From: Callorhinchus milii
Taxonomy: Eukaryota
Length of the DNA: 64,000 bases
Assembly (NCBI RefSeq): GCF_018977255.1
Contig: NW_024704742.1
Location: forward strand, 81,532,001 to 81,596,000
Direction: 5' to 3'
Shown: piece after piece, positions 24,878-35,979 of the stretch
How the letters are laid out: the number at the start of each line of letters is the position of its first letter
How positions within the stretch are numbered: the stretch's first letter is position 1
Position numbers and translations under genes: made by a program
The notes under the pieces: model-generated
Seen by the model: only the letters and a program-made list of their open reading frames with translations
Told to the model about the DNA's origin: nothing
Database searches by the model: none

Positions 24878-27099
24878 ATGGAAGAAAAAATTGGGAAATA
24901 TATAGACGAGGTTGTCTAAAAATGAGGGAGAGTTTGGGGCAGGGCAGATGTGCCCAACACCATTTGCGAAGTGTAGTCGTATTTTTGTGGAATTAAGAGA
25001 AAAGTGGAAAATAAAACAGGGTAATGAGAAGGCAGTATGGTTATTGGCCTCTCAATTTAAAATTGCACAGAGTGTGTTAAGAAAAGGAGAGCTTACCACA
25101 GAAAAAAGTGCTAAATGAGGAAAGGATTAGAGTACTCGAGGAGAAGGAGAAAGCCTTAGAGGGAAAGGCAGGGGAGTTAGAATTTATGTTAAAGAAAGCT
25201 TTAGAGGAGCTGAAAGCATAAAGACAAGGACTGAGAAGTGACGCAGAGCAGTACAGCAAGCAAATACACAGCTTGGAAGGGAACAGTGAATATTATCAGT
25301 CTCAGGTATCTCAGGTATAGGATTAAGGAGGACATTGGAGAATTTACAGGAGGATAATAGACAGGCAGAGCATCGCAATAGGTGGTTGACTCAAGATAAT
25401 GAAGATGTAAAGGCAACTGTTAAGATACAAGCTGCCATGGCTAGAGAATTTAGACAAGGGAATCCTACATCCCACGTACAGTGTGAAAGGAAGATACGAT
25501 AACTGGAAGCCCCGTTGAGGTTTAAGAGAGGGATCAAATGCACATTGAAGGGCATTAATGATGAGAATGATGAGAATATCGACTGGGATGATTTGAACAG
25601 AAAGGTGGCAGAACACCATGACCCTAAGAATGGGGGCTCATTTGAGATGTGTCCCATGGCCTATGTGTTAGTGATGCACCAAAATGTCCAAGGCCCATCC
25701 GTTCCCCCCAGAAGATCGAATTCAAGATCCTCATCCTCACCTACAAGGCCATTCACGGCCTTGCTCCCTCCTACCTCTCCGACCTACTATCCCCCTATCT
25801 ACCCGCCCGTACCCTCCGTTCCTCTGGCTCCGGTCTGCTCCACATCCCCCGCCCTAACCGCCCTACCATCGGTGACCGGGCCTTCAGCCTCTCAGCCCCG
25901 AGGCTCTGGAACTCTATCCCCCAGTGCCTTCGCCTTGCTTCCTCCCTTTCCTCCTTCAAGGCCGGTCTCAAGACCTTTCTCTTTGACCGTGCCTTCAGCT
26001 CCCCTCTCGACTCTCTACACCCTCCTCGCTCCCACCCTTCCCTCCCCTCACCCTGACCATTTCCCCCTGCTAGGGTCCTGACCCAACTATAGAGCGCCTT
26101 GGGACGTCCTCCTGACGTGAAAGGCGCTCTATAAATGGAATCTTGTTGTTGTTGTTGTTCCTCAGCTGCAGTCTCGGTTTATTGTTCCTTATACAGGACA
26201 CAGATTCAAGAGATGGCTGCTAAACTGCCCAAATATGATGGAAAAGGGGATCTTTTCAAACAGCTCTGAAGTAAGTTAGGTAGTCAACTTGAACACTCTC
26301 AGTAACATTGAGCATTTAAAGCTGGCTGGGTACACTTTGGGGCCTCATGTTTATGTGTTTTATTCCCTTATAGAAAGATGGGGACAGGAACGTTGCAGGA
26401 ATTAACAGATGAAGTAATGAGCATTATGGGGTAGGCTAGGGGTGACCCCACAGAAATGATAAGACAATGCAGGCAGGAAGAGGATGAGTCCCCGTGCATT
26501 TGTGGCCACAGTACGACCGACCCGTACAGTTTAAACCAGATTAACATGACCAGAGCAGCAGTAGGACAGAGGTGGTTAAGAACCCTCATCACACATTCAC
26601 TGCCTTTTCTCCAAGCAGCACTTAATGGGTTTGATGAGGAGGATCTGAATCCTACAGAGGCTTGGGTCCTCCGAAAGATGACATTGAAGTGGGAAGCTAG
26701 GAAGCATAATTTGAGAGGAAAGAAGGGCCAGGTATATTTAATGACTCGCCAAAAAAAAACGGCTAGTGTGGAAGAACGAGGGGTCCCGACAGGGGGATCC
26801 CAGGATGGACGGGGAAAAGAAAAGGATGGGAGGAATGGGAAGGATAATGTGATTACTGCAAGAAGCAAGGACACATTGAGAGTTGGTGCGGGCAGAAGAA
26901 TAATGTGGGGACAGGCCATTCAGGAACCCAGGGTGTGGGACAGGCCTGCCATGTGTGTTTAAGTGTGGAGGGCAGGACATTTTGCCAGGGAGTGCCCCCA
27001 ACAGGCTTCTCCCCACCAGTTGGAGCAGATGAAAGTAATTTAGCAATCTGTCCAGCCCTCAGCACCACCTCAGCCTATGGATGTACAGACTGGGTCTGA
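24878..27099 (+). pseudogene. gag: gag remnant: coiled-coil N-terminus, capsid-like region, CCHC zinc knuckle; stops, frameshifts and an L2 insertion
   Basis: ATG at 24878 (MEEKIGKY); coiled-coil EERIRVLEEKEKALEGKAGELEFMLKKALEELKA; QEMAAKLPKYDGKGDLF at ~26207; frameshifted knuckle (C)FKCGGQ(G)HFARECP at ~26952-26997. Confidence 0.8.
25706..26156 (+). mobile_element. Young 5'-truncated L2 LINE inserted in gag
   Basis: [25 protein letters not shown]...[12 protein letters not shown]...LKTFLF, (TTG)n tail, TSD GTTCC at 25701-25705 / 26157-26161. Confidence 0.9.
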
Positions 27100-27187
27100 T
27101 CCAATGCAAGGGCAGGTCCTATCTGAACAATGACAGGGACAAGCCTCAACACAAATGTTGTGCCTGTTCTGGTGCGACAGGTTTGGG

Positions 27188-27450
27188 GGACCATGTGTCC
27201 AGGTTGGTGTAAGAGGCTGCACTAGCGTATTTTTAATAGACACAAGAGCCTCCAGAACTGTAATTACTGAGTGAGAACCTGAAAAATCATCATTTGCTTT
27301 GAACCGAGCGATCATCTCTATCTGGCTTTACTGGAAACTCTCAGGGTGGAATCAATCCCTATTCCCCTTCAGATAATGCCATTGACATGTCATTGAATTT
27401 GTGGGATAGTGAATATGAAACAGAATCGTAGGAGCAGATTTGATGGGAGA
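27188..27450 (+). pseudogene. pro: Retroviral aspartic protease remnant
   Basis: GPCVQVGVRGCTSVFLIDTRASRTVI (DTGA-type active site mutated to DTRA) and downstream RIVGADLM (ILGxD-like motif). Confidence 0.8.
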
Positions 27451-27549
27451 GCAAAGGCGAGTAATAAATCTGGCAAATCTCTTGTTGTGGCAAACAGGAC
27501 CCCAGAGCCAATTTAAGAGAAATCCAATTGTGGTTCCTGATCATGGAGC

Positions 27550-27957
27550 AATGTACACCATTAAAACAATGGAACCGAATGATTTGGATGTACTGTTACA
27601 GGCAGAGGACCTTCAGATCCAAACAGTTATTGTGGACAATTTGGCAGCATTTGCCTTATATAAGCATGACTGTGGGAATTTGAAGGGGCAGGTGGAAATT
27701 GTTGGCCTGGACCAACTGACACCCTAGAGGCAGTACTGCTTTCCTCCAGAAGCCCATGAGCATGTCCAAGCCACCATTGATTCCCTGGTAAAGTAAAGTG
27801 TTCTTCGACCAATTGCCAAATCCTTCAATTCCCACATATGGCCAGTCCGAAAGTGCCTGCCTGTATGGAAGTGGTTGAGAAACCTCAGCAAGCCCTTGCT
27901 ACTGCTCCCACATTGAAAACCCCTGAAAGAGATAAGCCCTTTTACTTGGAGGTAGTG
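27550..27957 (+). pseudogene. pol: pol remnant: RT N-terminus joined to the post-RT region; RT core and integrase deleted
   Basis: AFALYKHDCG...RQYCFPPEAHEHVQATIDSLVK*SVLRPIAKSFNSHIWPVRK (RT start, cf. NSPIWPVRK), then directly QALATAPTLKTPERDKPFYLEV. No YxDD motif between them. Confidence 0.8.
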
Positions 27958-27961
27958 TCAC

Positions 27962-28636
27962 TATGGTCTTCCAGGAATCCCATAATGACATATTTAATTA
28001 AGGACTGAAGAATTTTCCCTACCACTGATGTCAGACCAACTGATCTATAGTTCCCCATCTTTTCACTCCCACCCTTCTTAAATAGTGGTGTCACGTTTGC
28101 AATCTTCCAATCAATGGGAATCGTTCCAGAATCCAGAGAATTTTGGAAGATCAAAGACAAGCCATCCACTATCTCAGTAGCCACCTCTTTTAAAACCCTA
28201 GGATGTAGGCCATTAGGTCCAGGAGATTTATCAGTTTTAAGACCTGATAATTTACCTAAAATAATTTCTTTACTAATATTAATTCCTCCAAGCTGCTCGC
28301 TAACATTTTCTTCTTGGTTCCCCTCTATTCTTGGTAGGTTTTCAGTGTCTTCTAAGGTGAAGACAGTAACAAAGTACTTGTTTAATGACTCTGCCATGTC
28401 TTTGTCCCCTACTATAATTCCCCCGTCTCTGCCTGTAGAGGACCCACATTTACCCTTGACAGCCTCTTCCTCTTTATATATTTATAAAAACTTTTGTAGT
28501 CTGTCTTTATGTTCCTCGTTAGTTTGCTCTCATATTCCATTTTCTCCCTCTTAATCACTTTTTTGGTTCTCCTTTGTTGATCCCTAAACTTCTCCCAATC
28601 CTCGGGTTTACTACTCATCTTAGCTGTTTTATAGGC
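27962..28636 (-). mobile_element. CR1 LINE ORF2 fragment inside the provirus
   Basis: KSPGPNGLHPRVLKE...DWKIANVTPLFKKG...NYR; near-identical to 62098-62773. Confidence 0.92.
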
Positions 28637-29835
28637 TCAAGGGAACTAAGATATGGTACGTGTGTTGGTGTAAGGAGAACAGTTCTCTTACTGAGGAAAA
28701 ACATAGTAGTAATTAAAGAATAGCACATTACTATACACTTGTTTTGTAGATAACAATAGCTTGGAACTAGACACCATTAAACAGTTGACAACAGGCACAT
28801 GGAATGCAGCAAGTGTGAATATGACAGAATCGCAGAATTTAGTGACTCTGGAGTTAATCGGATGTAACTCCACATGGAGCAGACCAAAATAAATATCAGC
28901 AGATGGTCTCGTTTACCCTTTCTCTGCCACAGTTTGATCCTAAAATGATTGATATACACAATTGGTTAAACCCTACTCGATGGGTATGATGGAAAAGGGA
29001 ATTTTAAAAGGAAGAAAAGAGGTCCCGTCTCTCATGGCTAGGAAAAATGAATCTGAATCATTGGAAAAAGTAGACTTGTCCTGTTGTTCAAACAGAGGGT
29101 ATAACTGGATGTGCAGGTGCGATGCCACCCCTGAAAAGACTAATACACCTATTTGTGGGATGAAATCACAAGGCTCAGAGAGAACCTCTGTGCCCAGTTC
29201 AACTCAAGGTAATGAATGGAGAATTCATTAAGAGTGCATATCACGAGCATGGGGAATATTGTATGTTAACTGATCAGAAACATTTTACTTATGGTAATCT
29301 ACAATGTGAATTAAATCAAACCCAGCTTTGTGTGAAGATAAGGAGACACTTTGTTATTGCTAATAATAATAATAATCCTTGCATTTGATATAGCGCTTTT
29401 CACGTCAGGAGGACGTCCCAAAGCACTTCACAGAACACACTGTAAAGTGAATTGACTGAATATTTGTGGGCGAACGCGGCAGCCAATTGCGCACAATCAT
29501 GGTTTGGACCCACTGATGATATATAATGGAACTCATGTAATTAATACTGTTGACCGTGAGAAACCTGATGATTATGTACCCAATTTTGAAATGCACATTG
29601 TACCGCCGACTCTCGAATTAGAGAAGTTGTTGGAGAAAATGGAAAGTCACCTGGTCCAAGTGACCAAAATGAGTAAAGTGCGGCAAGAAATGAGTAATCT
29701 AATATCACATTCTGATTATGAATTAACCATAGAGAACACTTTCGCTAAATGGATGTTTAAGATATTGTAATTGTACTACTGGTATTAGATACTATTCTTA
29801 TGTTTTTGTTTTGTTGTTTGTATAAAATACTTAAG
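28637..29835 (+). pseudogene. env: env remnant (C-terminal part), fusion-glycoprotein-like: Cys-rich domain, heptad region, TM
   Basis: Reconstructed across frameshifts: ...VNMTESQNLVTLELIGCNST...MVSFTLSLPQF...VDLSCCSNRGYNWMCRCDA...ICG...LCPVQL...HGEYCMLTD...LQCELNQTQLCV...[SINE]...LELEKLLEKMESHLVQVTKMSKVRQEMSNLI...KWMFKIL*...ILFLCFCFVVC. Several NxS/T sequons; lies between pol and the 3' LTR. Confidence 0.75.
29362..29495 (-). mobile_element. 5'-truncated SINE inserted in env
   Basis: 3' 135 bp of the young SINE family with (ATT)n tail; the env frame resumes on the other side. Confidence 0.9.
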
Positions 29836-30024
29836 TGATTGAACAAACATATGACATGGGTTGAATTAAAAGGTGAAAGTATTGTTGAGAATTGGAAATT
29901 ATTGAAAATGCAAAAGGTGGTTTAATTTGGGCAATTCGGGGATTAAGACTTGAACCTGAGAGTGAGGATATGACAATTGAATTAGCAGGCAGCTCTTGAT
30001 AACCGCACCTGCTGGAGGATGGAC

Positions 30025-30920
30025 TGTAAGATACCGAAGCTGCAAAATGGGAAACCATCAAGATGAAAACAATTGAGTTGAATGACCTCAGGACATGCAT
30101 GCACCAATTTACAAGGAAAAGGCAATGTCTAACACCAACTGGCCATAACAAAAGACAAGGTGTTAACTGGATCAAACACAATGAACTGACTGAAGCTGGA
30201 CTCAGGAAATGCATCAAACACAAATGAACTGACTGAAACTGGGCTTAGGATACTTTGAATCCATGGCAGAAATAAACAAGTCCTCTATAGTCAATGAAAG
30301 ACACACAAATAATCAGCGTAGGATGGGAAGAAAAAAGGGTTACAAAAGCTTAAGTGAGCAGCGGAAGGAGAGAGATCATGGCTACAGTAGAGGAGCAACA
30401 TCGACGAGTAGTCACTCCAGGTCTCCCAGGGTAAGAAATTTGATTAAACTGAGCCCTGAATCATCTTCCGCAGTTTTATGTGTTAAACGTTTAACTGTTG
30501 TAACCGTTGTTTTGGTTAGCAATGAATAATATCTAGTTTACTGTATTTTGTCTCTGTTCAAATACCTTGTCAAGATAATAATAATAATAATAATAATAAT
30601 CCTTGCATTTGATATAGCGCTTTTCACATCGGGAGGACGTCCCAAAGCGCTTCACAGAACACACCGTAAAGTGAATTGACTGTATATTTTTTGTGGGCGA
30701 ACGCGGCAGCCAATTGAGCACAGCAATGTCCCACACACAGTCGTAGATTGAAAACGACCAATTTATTATTATTTTTTGTTTTGGAGGGATTATTATTAGG
30801 CGTGTGGAGTAAGGAAACTTACCCAAGGTTTCGCCCTGCCTGGAACAATCAGGCAGGGCGAAACAAGATGAACAATCAGAACAGGATGAAGACTAAGCAC
30901 CCTCGCCACAAAACCCTACA
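30025..30920 (+). repeat. 3' LTR, interrupted by a SINE
   Basis: Preceded by purine-rich GGAGGATGGAC (PPT-like). TG...CA ends, internal ~45-bp tandem duplication at 30170-30260, host SINE resumes at 30921. Confidence 0.8.
30577..30863 (-). mobile_element. SINE inserted in the 3' LTR with a rearranged 5' junction
   Basis: Young SINE body with (ATT)n tail, flanked by CAAGAT at 30571-30576 and 30864-30869. Confidence 0.85.
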
Positions 30921-31160
30921 GATCGATGGCACTATTTGAAATGAGAATAGAGTTTCTCTTGGTGTCCTGGCCAACATATCCCCAATTAAAATTGGTCATT
31001 CACTTCATAACTGTTTGTGGGACATTGCTGTGTACACATTGGCTGTTGGGTTCACCTACAAAATATGCAGTCACTACATTTCACAACAGATCTTGTGAAG
31101 TGCTTTAAGATATCCTCCCAACATAAAAGATGCTATATCAAATATAAGTATTATTATTAT
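30921..31160 (+). mobile_element. Deu-type SINE, 3' half (split by the provirus)
   Basis: GATCGATGGCACTATTTGAA...GTGTCCTGGCCAAC...TGTTTGTGGGACATTGCTG...(ATT)n, the continuation seen in intact copies such as 60455-60773. Confidence 0.8.
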
Positions 31161-32461
31161 GATAACTAATCATTCACTTGATGGTTGTTAGTGGGAAACT
31201 TCCAGGTGCAAATTGGCTGCCACATTTGCCTTCAAAAATATACAAACTGCACTCGACAATAAATCCCCCTGAAATGAAAGACACTGTTCAAATACAAAGA
31301 ATATTATTATTTTAAGGTTGTTGGATCAAGCCTAGCACTATGACATGAGATCATAATCTAGACTGATCTAGCTTTTAAGAATGAATAGTGAAGGAGCAGG
31401 GGCGGGCCAAGATAGTGGATAAGGAAGATACAATTCCTTCATCAGTTAAGTTGTCAATTTCACCCCTGCAGCTGTTGGAAAGTACACCTTAGAGATTACA
31501 ATTCACTTCATGTGGAGTTGTGTGAAGAGACAAATGACAAATGTAGTGCATTATGCCAGGTACTTTGGTACATGTCCACACTGTATCAGCTTGGAGCCAT
31601 GTTAGCAGAGTGGGTAGTGCAAAGAAACTGCCTGCTCACATTTCTGGGCACAAGTACTGTACTAGGGGACTCAGGGAGATCAGGAGAAAAATCCAAGGAT
31701 TTATTACACACCCAATGAAGCAAAATAGTGAGAGGGAAAAAGTCTTTCATAAATACATATCTTTCATTCCTGCTTGTGTACAGAAATGTGATGTGAGCAA
31801 TGTCTACTGTAATTCTGTGTAAACTACCGTCATTCTTTTTTATTGGGCTTGGTAATGATTGCTGCCTAAGTTGTCCTCAGTGCTCTGTTAGTTACAAATG
31901 GAAATGATTGTTTGTTTGTGTATTCAGGGCTCCAGGACAAAACAAATTGAACATAGAAAGCTTTGATATAGAGCTGATTCACTGATGAATTCACTGCATT
32001 TGTGCAGTCACCTTTATAGGCACATTCCTTGAGGTATTTCACATTTATTGTTACCAGCTCATACAGTGAGTATAGCAATTCACCACTGGAGCTTCAGTAT
32101 TTTCAATTTGGAATGGCCTGGAGACTAATGACTTGCTTTCCTTTTTTCTCACTTAGTGCTCCTTGGTCCCATATTTCCTCCCCATTCACCTCATTAAACC
32201 TTCAAATCTGTAGCCAAACCAAAATGCACAAACGTTTCCATCTCTGAAACATTACTCAAAGCACTTATTCAATTCTTTGGTTTTCTTGTACTTCTGTTTA
32301 ATCTTTGTGTCATTTGTTATTCAGGGGACCAATTCTGCATTACACACAGTTTTGTGATTAAAGCTTTCTTAACTATCCATTACTCTGCCTATCTCTATAG
32401 TTCAATGTGTCAGCAAAACAGAAAAATACCTTTGTTACTTCTTCTGGGATTTAGGGTGAAT

Positions 32462-32942
32462 CAACAGCTTGTATTTATCTAGCGCCCTTCACACGGGATA
32501 GCGCCCCGGAGTGCTTGACGATGGCGGAGTTTGACCCTGAGCCAAGAGGAGAGGGAGGGAGGAGATGACCCTGAGCATAATCATAAAGAAAGTTCTTTAG
32601 GCAGCATTTGAAAGTGGGTAGGGAGGGGATAAGGTGGAGGGATTGAAAGAAAGAGTTCCAGGGTTTCGGGGCATAGTGGCTGAAGGCACGGCCACTAATG
32701 GTGAAGTTGGAGGAGACAAGGGACAAACAGGAGGCCAGAGCCAGCGAGCGGAGTCAGTGGGTGGTGGAGTGGGTGGTAAGCAAATCGAATTTGTAGGAAG
32801 GTATGAAGGGATTTTAAAACGAGTGAGAGAATCTAGAAATCAATCTGTTTGGTAATTGGGAGTTAGTGGAGCCTAGCAAGTACTGGTGTGATGGGGGTAA
32901 GAAGTTTTGGCGGATGAGTATCTGGGCGGTGGAGTTTTGAAT
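32462..32942 (-). mobile_element. Older L2 3' fragment
   Basis: GRAFSHYAPKPWN...FKCCLKNFLY plus tail. Confidence 0.8.
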
Positions 32943-33590
32943 CACGCTGCTGAAACTCTGGTCCACGCCTTTATCACCTCAAGGCTGGACTATGGGAACT
33001 CTCTCCTCGCCGGCCTTCCCGCCACCTCCCTCCACAAGCTGCAGGTCATTCAGAACTCTGCAGCTCGTGTACTGTCCCGCACCAGGCTTCGGGACCACAT
33101 CACTCCCACCCTCGCTCGCCTCCACTGGCTCCCCATCCCCCAGAGGATCGAATTCAAGATCCTCATCCTCACCTACAAGGCCATTCACAGCCTCGCTCCC
33201 TCCTACCTCTCCGACCTACTATCCCCCTATCTACCTGCCCGTACCCTCCGTTCCTCTGGCTCCGGTCTGCCCCACATACCCCGCCCCAACCACCCTAGCA
33301 TCGGTGTCCGGGCCTTCAGCCTCTCAGCCCCGAGGCTCTGGAACTCTATCCCCCAGTGCCTTCGCCGCCTCCTCCTTTTCCTCCTTCAAGGCCGGTCTCA
33401 AGACCTTTCTCTTTGACCGCGCCTTCAGCTCCCCTCTCAACTCTCTACCCCTTCCTCGCTCCCTCCCTTCCCTCCCCTCACCCTGACCATTTCCCCCCTG
33501 CTCGGGTCCTGACCCAACTGTCCAGCGCTTTGGGACGTCCTCCCGACGTGAAAGGCGCTGTATAAATGGAATCTTGTTGTTGTTGTTGTT
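32943..33590 (+). mobile_element. Young L2 3' fragment
   Basis: [19 protein letters not shown]...[22 protein letters not shown], (TTG)n tail; near-identical to 10200-10839. Confidence 0.92.
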
Positions 33591-33699
33591 GAATCAGTTG
33601 AATTTTGTGAATAAATAAAAGGTCAGCATGCTAAATATTAATGATTCAGTCCCCATTATGTCTACAATGGAGGTTGTTCCCCATGTATATGTTAGCTTG

Positions 33700-34320
33700 T
33701 CCCAAACTAAATCCCAGAAGAGGTAGTGAAGGTCCTACAAAGAGAGCTTGATAGGGTATGCACATGGACTGATAACTGGGAAATTAAGTTTAATAAAACC
33801 ACAACAACTTGGCAGAGAGGTGGGAGGGTGAGCAAAGACACGATCGAAGAGAAGGGGCTTGAGACCAGCCTTGAAGGAGACAAGGGAGGAAGCATAGCGA
33901 AAGGATCGTGGGATGGAGTTCCAGAGTGTGGGGGCAGAGAGGCTGAAAGCCCGGTCACCGATGGTAGGGCTGGTTGAAGAGGAAGGTTTTCAGATGTGAC
34001 CTGAAGATGGGGAAGGAGGGGGCAAGGCGGAGAGATAAAGGAAGAGTATATAATATTGATGAATGCAAGATAATGCATATAGAATCCAAGAATATGAAAC
34101 ACAAGCACTCCATGGATGGGATTGAACTCACCAAGAGGAAAGCTGAAAGAGATCTAGGGGTGAGAATTAGAGGTCCTATATCAGGAAACTGGCCTCATTA
34201 AAAAGCAGTTTGATGTCCTGATGGAGGGATGCTTCGAAGGGTGTTCTGGAAGGATGGGTGTTCTCATCGAATGGGCCAAAGGGCCTTCTTCATTTGAATT
34301 CATGTTGCGATCATACGATC
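33700..34320 (+). mobile_element. Old CR1 RT fragment interrupted by an L2 piece (-, ~33800-34040)
   Basis: LQRELDRVCTWTDNWEIKFN | NIDECKIMHI...ERDLGV. Confidence 0.75.
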
Positions 34321-35329
34321 ATTTTGGTGCATAACTGTTTGGGTAGAAATTCCACCTCCATTTGGAGTTACTCTGCAGCCTTTGTCCTCTCCTGTACCAG
34401 GGTCTGAGTGCCCATCTCCACACTCCACATCTCCTTATCTTCACTCAGCTTTAAGTGCTCCCCATCTCCCAGCGGATGAAATTGAAGATTTTTGTTTTCA
34501 CTTTCAAATCCCTCTATAACCTCATCCCATCCTACCCTGTGACTCTGCTGTCCTGTCTGACTCTATTCCACTATTCTAATCACTCAGCTAACACCAGCTG
34601 TTTTCAAATTTCAAAGAGCTAATATAATGCAGCTATCACTAATGCCAGGTTAACCAGCAGAATGACCACATAAACACATCGCAATGACCTTCTTAAACGT
34701 TTGTGGTTTTCGTTTTAAGTTACATTTTGTCCGTTTCCTTCCATCCTTTTGTTCTTCTGATGGTTCTGATTATCCTTGGGTATAGTTCTACAGAATGATG
34801 CAACCACCTTGCTACTCTTAATATGTGAGCCTAGCCAGTGAGTGTCAGTAAATTATTCATCTGTGGAAGGCATGACAGCCCAGGAATTGCCTGAGGCCCA
34901 AAACAACATTCTGTCTTCATCCTTAAGCCCATTTTCTTTTATAATTTAAGATCCAGCAGAAGTTTGAAATTAATTAATTTGGTCTTTTTAAGAACTGCAG
35001 AAAACTGGCTTCCAAATCATGACTGAATTTTAATAGTCTTCCAAATTTTGACATAATTTTTAAAATGGTCTTAAAACTAAGACTAGGAGGGATGTCAGGT
35101 CTCAGGTGCCCCCCCCCCCCCACCACACACACACTCGCACTCTCATTACAGCAGATGATACTGGGGTACTCTGAGAACAACCATCACATGACCGAATCAA
35201 GAAAGAAAATATTTTTGTTTCGCACCTATTCACATCCAACATTCACAACGTGATTTACGGTCATTTCTGTCAACAACATGAATTCACATTGATGTAAATG
35301 CATAAATAATACAAATCACTTTGAGTGGG

Positions 35330-35720
35330 ACATGTAAAAGTGCTTTACACAGTTCATTGGGCATCTGAACTGAGAGGCTGGAGTTATGGGGTGTGGGGTG
35401 GGGGAAAGGTGACCAAAGGTTCGGTCAAAAGGTTGGGGCGGGATTGAGTTCCAGAGAGCAGGACAAATGGCTGAATGCTTGCTCAGCATTGGTAAAGTGG
35501 ATCAGGTAGGGAACGTGAAGGAGGCTATTGTTTGCTGAATGGCGGAGTCGGTTAGTTCGATTGGGTTTCAGGAAGTTGTGTAAGTAGGGTGAGGTGAGGC
35601 CCTGGAGCGATTTGATTATGAGGACAAGAATCTTGATTTTGATCCTCTCAGGGAATGAAGAGCCAGTAGAGCTGAGCAGGGAATGGGAGTGATAGGTTCT
35701 TGGAACCTGGTTGGGAGAGA
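35330..35720 (-). mobile_element. Old L2 3' fragment
   Basis: PERIKIKILVLIIKSLQGLTSPYL. Confidence 0.7.
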
Positions 35721-35979
35721 TAAGTCTATTCACTGTTTATGTTGGGAAACTTAGGCTGCTGTTTCCACACAGCAAAGGCACCACAGACAACCAAGAGATG
35801 AATAAGCAATTAATATGGAGAATTGCTGACCAGGAAACTGGGAGAAACCTATTTTTCTTTTCAAACTGAGTTTATGGGATCTTTATTACCCATCTGCAAA
35901 TAAAGCCTACATGAATTAAGTTTAACATCTCATCCATAAGAGCCTGAGAAAGTATGGGACAAAATACGATTTTTTTCCA

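Larger units (their letters stand above)
24585..30920 (+). mobile_element. Decayed endogenous LTR retrovirus (LTR-gag-pro-partial pol-env-LTR), lokiretrovirus-like
   Basis: Direct repeats start TGTAA at 24585 and 30025, the 3' LTR ends ...CCCTACA at 30920, and gag, protease, RT and env motifs lie in order between them. The element splits a Deu-type SINE whose halves rejoin (24415-24584 / 30921-31160). Confidence 0.9.

Noticed and set aside
27962..29599. Duplication as a simple assembly artefact
   Set aside because: The copies differ at about 22 scattered positions and have different, biologically coherent flanks. Long-read confirmation is still advisable.
30560..30572. 3' LTR end at ...TTGTCA
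   Set aside because: A SINE with TSD CAAGAT is inserted here, and the host SINE resumes only at 30921, so the LTR extends to 30920.
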